Source: Candidatus Saccharimonadota bacterium (GTDB taxonomy: Bacteria; Patescibacteriota; Gracilibacteria; Absconditabacterales; Absconditicoccaceae). Taken from it: a stretch of 32,000 nt of DNA. This document shows, piece after piece, positions 23,918-31,487 of this stretch; position 1 is the first letter of the stretch; each line of letters opens with the position of its first letter. Position numbers and translations under genes: made by a program. The notes beneath the pieces are model-generated. The model did no database searches and was not told the origin of the DNA. It worked only from the letters and a program-made list of their open reading frames with translations. The stretch is from positions 750,001-782,000 of the forward strand of contig CP006913.1 of assembly GCA_000503875.1 (NCBI GenBank), in the 5' to 3' direction.

Positions 23918-23940
23918 TTTAAGGGAGTATGTAAATAAAG

Positions 23941-23968
23941 AAAGGAGCGTGTAACCCACCTCCTTTTT
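23941..23968. terminator. Rho-independent terminator (probably bidirectional)
   Basis: The stem AAAGGAGCGTG / CACCTCCTTT (one bulged C) with loop TAACC is followed by a T-run. The complement is followed by T-rich sequence. It lies between convergent genes ending at 23917 (+) and 23996 (-). Confidence 0.7.
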
Positions 23969-23995
23969 CTTATATAGCGGTTCAGTATAAAAAGA

Positions 23996-24883
23996 CTAAA
24001 ACAACGAAGTCTGTTGCGGCATAAAAAATTTCTTCTTCATTTCATGTAATGTTTTTTCCAGCGAAGCAAAATGCAAATCACGAACCAACACTTCGTTATA
24101 TTTATCAAAATCTATGGTACATTTTAAATCCGATAGTATTGTTGAAAAATCTGGGATCATACAAAGATCAACTAATTTTCTACTCATATAAGCTACTTCA
24201 CGCTGCTCAATGAGTTTTTGTTTGATATCTGGAGAGAGATCATCTATATGAGCATAGATCTGATCCAAATTTCCATACTGTTTTATTAGGTCCGAAGCTT
24301 TCTTTGGTCCAATTCCGGCTACTCCAGGGATATTATCTGAACTATCTCAAATCAATGCGAGATAATCGAGCATAAAACTTGGTGAAAACAAAAATTCCTG
24401 AAGAAATTGCTTGGTATCTACACGATTATTTTTCATAGGATCAATACAAAATACATTGTGATCAAGTAATTGTTTTAAATCTTTATCCGATGAATAAACA
24501 TCTATAACAAGCTCCGGTTCAGATTTATATCTAGTTACCAATGTAGCGATAATATCATCTGCCTCATAACCAGGAACAATCAAACTTGGTAATTTCATAT
24601 CTTCTATCATTTGTTGAGTAATCGGAATCTGTTGTTTAAAATCATCTTCCATTTTTTTACGATTGGCTTTATATTCTGGAAATGATTCATGTCTATGGGT
24701 TTTTACAGGAGAATCCCAAGCAATCACAAAATAATCTGGTTTTTCTGCCAATATTTTTAAAATCATACGAACAAATCAATATACAACGTTAGTATTTGTT
24801 CACTCCGAATTTGGCAAAGAAGGAAAAGCATAATATGCTCTATATAAAAATCCAGATCCATCTAAAATAAACAATTTTTTCAT
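23996..24883 (-). CDS. Stand-alone 5'-3' exonuclease / flap endonuclease (Pol I N-terminal domain family)
   Basis: The N-terminus is MKKLFILDGSGFLYRAYYAF. Later motifs are FPEYKANRKK, GYEADDIIATL, SSDKDLKQL, DSSDNIPGVAGIGPKKA (H3TH) and QYGNLDQIY. I checked the frame line by line. There are 3 TGA and the stop is TAG. Confidence 0.85.
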
Positions 24884-25002
24884 CAATAAAACTATAAATT
24901 AAAACTATTTGAATTTATGGAAACTAATAACTTAACTAATCGAGCAATATACTAAACCAACTTGAATTCTGTAATTACTTTAATTAGTTTTAGTATACTC
25001 TC

Positions 25003-25187
25003 TCTCATCCCAAAGCAACGAGGAACAGATTCTTTGGGTGGTCGAGTATAAAAAGAACAAACAAAAGAAAGAGACCATCAACAAATTGATATTATCTGTA
25101 ATCAAAGCAGGAATTTAATTATTACTAGACTTTAGAAATAAACAAAGATATTGCTTTGATGGTTGATGAGTTTTGTTTGTTTTTTAT
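25003..25187 (+). ncRNA. Candidate structured non-coding RNA of unknown class (strand uncertain)
   Basis: It lies in a 425-bp gap with no ORF in any frame, even under table 25. A hairpin pairs 25009-25015 with 25032-25038. Three nested perfect helices pair 25054-25066/25171-25183, 25076-25082/25162-25168 and 25101-25109/25152-25160. A TATACT -10-like element lies at 24994-24999 and a T-run at 25180-25185. Confidence 0.3.
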
Positions 25188-25233
25188 TGCAATATAACAA
25201 GATAGTTTAATGAACTTGATAACTAACCTAACC

Positions 25234-25261
25234 TTGATATATATAGAATTTTCGATATAAA
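25234..25261 (+). promoter_or_regulatory. Candidate promoter for tsaE (TTGATA, 16-nt spacer, TATAAA)
   Basis: The -35 lies at 25234-25239 and the -10 at 25256-25261, 48 nt upstream of ATG 25309. Confidence 0.35.
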
Positions 25262-25308
25262 ATACAAGTGCTGAAACAAAATCAGAATTTATTTTTTGAA
25301 AGAAATAT

Positions 25309-25704
25309 ATGCTAATAACATCTCCAGAAGCTATGCACGAATTAGGAAAATCATTAGCAAAAGATCATAAAATTTTATTATTACAATGAGATTTAGGCAG
25401 CTGAAAAACAACTTTGGCAAAGGGGTTCGCAGAATGATTGGGTATTGACTCAAAACATGTCCAAAGTCCAACATATACATATTTAAATGTTTATAATAAC
25501 AAATTATTGCATATTGATATGCGAAGAATTAACGAACATAAAGAACTAGTTGAAAAAGGAATTTTAGATCAAATACATCAATACGAATATATTCTTATTG
25601 AACGACCAAAGCATACACAACATCTCTGATTAGCCAAAGCAACTATTGTCGATATCAAAAAAACCTCTCCAACAACTAGAGAGGTAAATATAATCAAAAA
25701 CTAA
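25309..25704 (+). CDS. tsaE: tRNA t6A biosynthesis ATPase TsaE (YjeE)
   Basis: The Walker A reads LLLQ-G(TGA)-DLGS-G(TGA)-KTTLAKGFAEGLGI. It is followed by VQSPTYTYLNVY, LHIDMRR and ILIERP, which is the TsaE pattern. The stop is TAA 25702-25704. Confidence 0.85.
25657..25684 (-). terminator. Rho-independent terminator for the minus-strand surface-protein gene, embedded in the tsaE 3' coding end
   Basis: On the minus strand CCTCTC-TAGTTGTTG-GAGAGG is followed by T7. It starts 24 nt downstream of the minus-strand stop at 25708-25710. Confidence 0.55.
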
Positions 25705-25707
25705 TTA

Positions 25708-27552
25708 TTATAGGTTAATTCCATAGGTTTCCAACGACTGTTTGAACTGTTCTAAATGATAATTAGAGAGATTCTGTTTACAAGTATTGTTATCATCTTT
25801 AAGTAATTTCAAAATCACTGAGAAATTATCAAAATTTTGAGCAATATCTTTAAGTTCTAATTCAGACAATGGAGCTTTTTCAAGGTTTTTTAGAATGTAT
25901 AAGATAAAAGAGTTTATAAGTGTTTTCGTTTCACTTTTTTTAAAAGTAGGCATATTTAAAATCAATTCAGTTCATTTAATCTGAAGTTTAATTTTGCTAT
26001 AACTAATATCATTTTTACATTCGGAAAATTTATCAATTTCATCTTTGAATTCTTCCAAAATCGACTCCTGAACTCAAGTATTAATCTGTAAAGATCATGA
26101 TGTTGATAAAAAATTAACTCATGAAGCATAAGTAGTTAATGTTTGTCCATACAAAGTTGCCAACAAAGTAAATGAAATAGCTCCTGAATTATTGCGTTTC
26201 AAAGCAAGAGCTGCTTTACTTTCATTTCCTGCAATATCTTTAACAGCTATTCCCAGATCATAATCTGTATTTAGCAACAATGTTGGTAAAGAAAACATAT
26301 GTCATGTAGAAGCGCCTGTCATAGCAAACGCCCAACCATTAGTAGTATTCTTAAGTAAAACGAATGATGTAGCACGAGTAAGTTCTGATGTAGTAAATGA
26401 GAAATTATATCCAGACAACACAAAACCTGTTATTTGCGGATAGATTAAATCGTAAAATAATTGAGAAACTCCTGTGTTCGTTCATGTAAATCCAACAGAA
26501 TCTTGATAAGAAATAGTATAACCAAGATATCATCCTGATAAAGAGGTTGGTAATACATAACGATATGTATAGTGATTACCTGACAATCCAGAAAAAACTG
26601 CTTGTCCAGAACCAATACTAACACGAACTCATGTTAATGATTCTGATGCATCAAAATGTAAAACAATAGGAGCGCCTACACCAACCATTCCAGATAATGT
26701 GCCAGATGATGATAAAGAAATATTAGAAAGTGTTGGCTTTTTATTATCAATAGTAAAGTCAGTTGTTTCAGATAAAATAGTATCTGGTTGTACCAACCAT
26801 CTCAAATGATATCCTGTCCATGAATTCATAGAAACTCATTGATACGTTCACATAACAAGTACTATTGTTTCACCACTTGAATTGAGTCCTGTTTGATTAT
26901 AAAATCCAGATCCCAAAAGTGTTGTATCAAAAATATATCCTGTTGTTGTTCAAGGAACTCTTGCTAAAGTAATCCATTCTTCATTATGATCATATAACTG
27001 AATATCAACGATTTCATCAGCACAGTTTGGGGAAATTGTCCACGAAATATTCATGATTCATGTATAAATAGTTGATGTAACTATATTTGAAGAAAATCAC
27101 AAATAACTACATTCTTCGTCCTCTTGAAATCAATAGTCTTCTGGATCTACCAAATCACCAGTTCATTCAACATTTCCTGTCAATTCAATATCTCCTGTCA
27201 ATTCAACATCTCCAGTTAATTCAATATTTCCTGTCAATTCAACATCTCCAGTTAATTCAATATCTCCTGTCAATTCAACATCTCCAGTTGATTCAACATC
27301 TCACGTTAGTTCAACATCTCCAGTTAATTCAACATCTCCAGTTGATTGAGATAATACCAAGTCATCAGCAAAACTAGCATCATGAGAAGCATTATATAAC
27401 ATATAACTTGTAGCAAAAAGCATAACTACTTTTGCAACGAGAAACATTCATCCTGCAAGTCATCAAAAAAATAGATACGTATGATGGTGCTTTTTTACGT
27501 GATCAACCACCCTTTTTGCATGGCGAACTACACTATGATTTGAATTTAACAT
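25708..27552 (-). CDS. Signal-anchored surface protein with (TGDVEL)n hexapeptide repeats and beta-rich (Ig-like?) body
   Basis: I checked every line in frame from 27552 down to TAA (complement of 25708-25710) and the only interruptions are TGA. The N-terminus is a basic region followed by the TM YLFFGGLAGGMFLVAKVVMLFATSYML. About 11 hexapeptide repeats follow. The rest of the 614-aa protein is T/S/G-rich. Confidence 0.7.
27145..27342 (-). repeat. In-frame 18-bp tandem repeat, about 11 units (ACTGGAGATGTTGAATTR; peptide TGD[VI]EL)
   Basis: Units lie at 27325-27342, 27307-27324, 27289-27306 and so on down to a degenerate unit at 27145-27162. Units 4-9 alternate in a 36-bp super-period (TGDVEL/TG[DN]IEL). 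Confidence 0.9.
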
Positions 27553-27572
27553 AATAAAATAATATTAAATAA

Positions 27573-27605
27573 AAATTCTGACTACCATAAGTATAATCAG
27601 AATTT
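27573..27605 (-). other. Hairpin (possible leaky terminator or attenuator) between the SLH-like gene and the repeat-protein gene
   Basis: A 9-bp stem AAATTCTGA / TCAGAATTT with a 15-nt loop is T-rich downstream on the minus strand. It ends only about 20 nt upstream of ATG 27552, so its role is unclear. Confidence 0.3.
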
Positions 27606-27634
27606 CTATTTTGTCAAAAAACGAGTAAGTTTTT

Positions 27635-28465
27635 TTATTGAGAAGTTACCAAAGAAAACATAGTTTTCACCTGGCTAATTAATGGTTGATCAATTGCTTG
27701 TTGTGTTTTTGGAGAAGAAGATTCCAATAATTGATTTTTATCCTCTTCAAAATTACGAAATCAACGATACAATACGGCAACAAATTCACCTCTCTTAATA
27801 CGATCTTCAGTACAAAAAGCATGTGACAAATCTAAATTCAACATAGTACATACCTCTGCTTTAGTCAAAAATTTATTAGGAGAAAATATTTTTTTTCCAT
27901 CTTTTTGACTAATTAACTGATCAATTCGTTTTTGTTGTTCTGCATAAGCAACATATGGAGCATATGACGTATTTTGAGCAACATCAAAGAATCGTCCACG
28001 TAATGGAAATACAACAGGAGATAATTGTTTATTCTCCTTTGCAATGCGATATTTCACGAGCATCATAACCAACTCATACCTGCGAAGATAGTTGTCAGGA
28101 TAAAATTTCTCGCGATTTGCATCAATCACCCCAAGTTTAGCAAGAGCTAAGATTTCAGGAGCATAAAGATGTCCTTCTGTGTCAATCAAAGTTTTAGAAG
28201 TTTCTTCCTGCGAGTTAGAAACATCAGCAAAAAATGATTGATCAGCAGATAAGGAAATAATTTCCTTAAAAACACCCTGTAATCTTTCTGAAAGTTTAGT
28301 AACGAAAACAGAAATATCTTTCTTCTCCGTAACTACATTATCAGAAAAATAATCCTCCCCTGAAGATGCAAAGACACTTGAACCCAGGAAGAAAATAGAT
28401 AAAAAGAGTTTCGTCCCAGAAAAAAATCTGAGCATAAATCTTTTGGATAAAGAATAATGTTTCAT
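27635..28465 (-). CDS. Secreted protein with SLH-like repeats
   Basis: Track ORF 27761-28465 extends through one TGA to TAA (complement of 27635-27637). The signal sequence is FLSIFFLGSSVFA. Repeats of the form HLYAPEILALAKLGVIDANREKFYPDNYLRRYELVMMLVKY and SYAPYVAYAEQQKRID...FSPNKFLTKAEVCTML resemble the S-layer homology pattern. Confidence 0.65.
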
Positions 28466-28563
28466 ACAAATGGCTTAGGGAGCTAAATATGTGTAGTATT
28501 TTTCCCATTGAAACGTATATATTATACTCCATTTTTTTAATTTGTCAAGTAAATCATACAAAG

Positions 28564-29787
28564 ATGAACTATTCAATAAAGAAGTTACAAGGTATAGACT
28601 GTATTTTTGCTCCTATGCAAGATAGTAATTCTATTACTATAGAAATTATGTGTAAAGCAGGAAGTATTTACGAAACAAAAACAACAAATGGGATAAGTCA
28701 TTTTCTCGAACATCTTTTTTTTAAGGGAGGAAAAAAATATCCCACGCCAAGAGCTGTTGCTGAGGCAGTTGATACGTTCGGCGGTGAATTCAATGCCTAT
28801 ACAGGTGATGAATATGCAGGATATTATGTAAAATGTGCTCCAGAATTCACCAACAAAGCAATTGATGTTCTCGGAGATATGATGATGAACCCACAATTTC
28901 CCAAAGATGAATTGGAAAGAGAAAAGGGCGTAGTCATCCAAGAACTCAAAATGTACGAAGATAATCCAATGGCTTTAGTAAGCCAAAAACGACAACAACG
29001 ATATTTTGGAGATAATAATTACGGACGACCAACAATCTGAACTATAGAAAACATTCTGTCTTTCAATCAAGATATGCTTTTCGAACACAAAGAAAACCTA
29101 TATACCAAAGATAATTTACTCATTATGATCGCAGGAAAAATCACTGATCAAGCTGAAATAGAAAGCTTATTAACAGATATTTTTGCCACATTACCAGCAA
29201 AAAAGCAGTATCAAAAAGATAATTTTCCAAATCATTTACCCAAAGAACAATCCAATTTTTTCGACAAAAAAACAGAACAAAATCATCTCATTATTTCTGC
29301 ACCAGGTTTCAAAGGTGACGATCAAACGAGATATGCAGCAAGTGTACTAACAACTATTCTTGGAGGAAATATGTCATCAAGATTTTTCCAAAATATTAGA
29401 GAAAAAGAAGGTCTTTGTTATTATATCAGCGCTTCTCATCTTAGCGGACAAGATGATGGGACGTTCATGATGAGAGCAGGAATCGACAAAGAAAGATTTG
29501 ATTTTGGCGTACAAAGAATCTACGAAGAAATTGAGAGAATAGCAGGAGGAGATATTTCGCAAGAAGAATTCGACAATACTATTTGATACAACATTGGACA
29601 GTTACAAATGGGTATAGAATCCTCAGATCAAATGGCTAGTTTCCTCGGTGCTCAATATCTCCTCTACGGCAAAATCGAGACTTTAGACGAAATAGTGCAA
29701 GCCTACAAAAAACTTACCTTGAAAGAAGTTAAAGATATTGCAAATAAACTGAGTAAAGAGAATTTGTATTTGTATCATATTCAGTAA
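28564..29787 (+). CDS. M16 (pitrilysin) family zinc peptidase
   Basis: The inverted zinc motif H-F-L-E-H occurs in GISHFLEHLFFKGG. It is followed by EREKGVVIQELKMYEDNP and C-terminal LGGNMSSRFFQNIREKEGLCYY. Track ORFs 28489-29040 and 29074-29586 join through 2 TGA. I chose the start MNYSIKKL at 28564. Confidence 0.85.
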
Positions 29788-29821
29788 AAAAAAGTCAGTC
29801 TTTCCAGACTGACTTTTTTTA
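29786..29821. terminator. Bidirectional rho-independent terminator
   Basis: An A-run, AGTCAGTCT-TTCC-AGACTGACT and a T-run form the hairpin. It lies between convergent genes ending at 29787 (+) and 29828 (-). Confidence 0.85.
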
Positions 29822-29827
29822 TTATAT

Positions 29828-30907
29828 CTAAGCAAAATCCTTTAGTATTTTTTCTATAATTTCTTTTGATTGATAAATACTTTCAATTTCTACATATTCA
29901 TCAATTTGATGGGCCTTTTCAAATGGTCACGGTCAAATCAAAAGACAATCTCAACCAATATATTCTTTTATAAGTTGAACATCAGAATATCAAAACGTAA
30001 GTCCAGATTCAACCTTAGAATATTTAGAATATTTATTTAATAAATCAGATTGAATAAGAGGATAACACCAATTCTTTTTTTCAAGACTAATTATTTTTAT
30101 TCAATTTTTATCAAGATAGTTCCTTGTAAAACTTTCAAATTCTTGATAAGAAAGCATATTTCACAATCTGAGAGAGAAAATTCATTTGGCAGTATTGGGG
30201 ACAATATTAGCCTGAGAAACTATTATTCAATCTTTATCAATACCTCAATGTATACCAGCTAAATTTGTTAAAGAAACATATCAATCACTATCTTTTGTTT
30301 GGATATATTCTTCTAAATTTTCAATATAATGGATATATTCTTCTATAGCATTGATTCCAAGATGTTTTAAAGCTGAATGGACAGACACTCATCCTATTTG
30401 TAAATTTACAACAGCTATTCATCTAAATCATGTATATATTATTTTATTCGTTGGCTCAGTTACAATAGTTAATTTGGGTTTTATTTTTCATCCATACACT
30501 TCTACAAATTTTTTCATACCCAAAAAGTTATATTCTTCATCTGTATACGAAAGAATCCAAAATTTAATTTTATTTTTAAGCATAAAATCTATCAATGCTA
30601 TGTTAATAGCAACACCAGCTTTCATATCCACAGCTCCCCTACCATATAATTTATTTCAATCAATTCTAGGAATAAATTGTTCTTTAGATAATTCAGGAAC
30701 CACATCTACATGTCATGCAAGGATAACATCAGGTTTATTTGTATTTTTTATAATCAGATTATACCTTCATTTATCTGATATATCCTGTTTTTCATAAATA
30801 AGCTGATCTCAATAAATATTTCTAACATATCCTTCGATAAACTCGATAGCTTGGTTTTCTATCTGAGTTGTATCGAAAGTAATAAGCTTTTGTAAGAAAT
30901 TTAACAT
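29828..30907 (-). CDS. M20 family metallopeptidase (ArgE/DapE/ACY1-like deacylase)
   Basis: Motifs seen are ILA-G(TGA)-HVDVVP, LYGRGAVDMKAG, SYTDEEYNF and GPGPFEKAHQIDEYV. I checked the frame line by line and counted 18 in-frame TGA by hand. The stop is TAG (complement of 29828-29830). Confidence 0.8.
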
Positions 30908-30923
30908 AATTATTTTAAAATAT

Positions 30924-31463
30924 TTAAAAGTTAATACGTTTTACCATAAATCATGAAACAATTTCAGAAAGTTTTTCAACATCACTATAATCATGATCAT
31001 TTCCTGGCAATTCCACGAAAGAAAAATCATTTGAAATCTGACTAACTTCACCTACAACTTCCAAATAGCTACCCGCTGGATCTTCTTTATTTTGGATGAA
31101 CAAGACGGGACATGAAATTTTGGATAGATACGTTTTTAACGAAAATCACATATTTTTAATATATCACAAAGGCAATCATACAAAAATACATTTTTTCGGG
31201 AGAAATCATTGATCGATCATAAGTTTCATAGCCAATACGGTTCCCAATGATTTTGCGAAGATCACCAAATCTTTCTGATCTTTGATTTTTGAGTAAACAA
31301 GATTTATCTCTTTTTCTATATCCATACTTCCCTCTCACGACAACCAATGTTGATATTCATGGATAGTTGTTTCATCAAAAAGAGAAGCGAGTTGTTCCTC
31401 CACTTTTTTAATCCAGCTTTGATTATGAATACTATTTCAACCAAGGAGAAGAAGGTTGGGCAT
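30924..31463 (-). CDS. Small alpha/beta-fold hydrolase-like protein
   Basis: Motifs seen are MPNLLLLGGNS, a nucleophile-elbow-like DLVIFAKSLGTVLAM, CPVLFIQNKEDP and a late His in GNDHDY. The frame differs from track ORF 31156-31347, which I treat as spurious. Confidence 0.55.
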
Positions 31464-31487
31464 AAAAGCAAGATAAGGAATAAAAGA

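Noticed and set aside
24884-25308. The long gap could be a replication origin or hold a tRNA, tmRNA or SRP RNA gene.
   Set aside because: I found no cluster of TTATCCACA-like DnaA boxes and no GGTTCGAATCC-type T-loop or acceptor pairing. I found no GNRA-capped SRP helix 8 with an AGCA motif, and no tmRNA tag or tRNA-like end by eye. It is retained only as an unclassified structured-RNA candidate.
27145-27342. The 18-bp repeat could be a CRISPR array.
   Set aside because: The repeats are directly contiguous with no spacers. They are only 18 bp, in frame within a coding sequence, and no cas genes are nearby.
27087-27377. A 96-aa plus-strand ORF has a striking QHLQLIQ/SIQHL repeat.
   Set aside because: It is the antisense reading of the 18-bp tandem repeat. 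The minus strand carries a 614-aa ORF with a signal anchor spanning the region. The plus-strand ORF has no context and ends within the repeat flank.
30351-30797. A 148-aa plus-strand ORF.
   Set aside because: It is antisense to the M20 peptidase gene, whose frame carries the HVDVVP, GRGAVDMKAG and DEE motifs. The plus-strand product is low-complexity and hydrophobic, so it is a shadow ORF.
31156-31347. A 63-aa minus-strand ORF (MVVVRGKYGYRKRDK...).
   Set aside because: A different minus-strand frame reads through TGA as a 179-aa alpha/beta-hydrolase-like protein with nucleophile-elbow and PVLFIQ motifs. The 63-aa frame is basic and low-complexity and overlaps that protein entirely.
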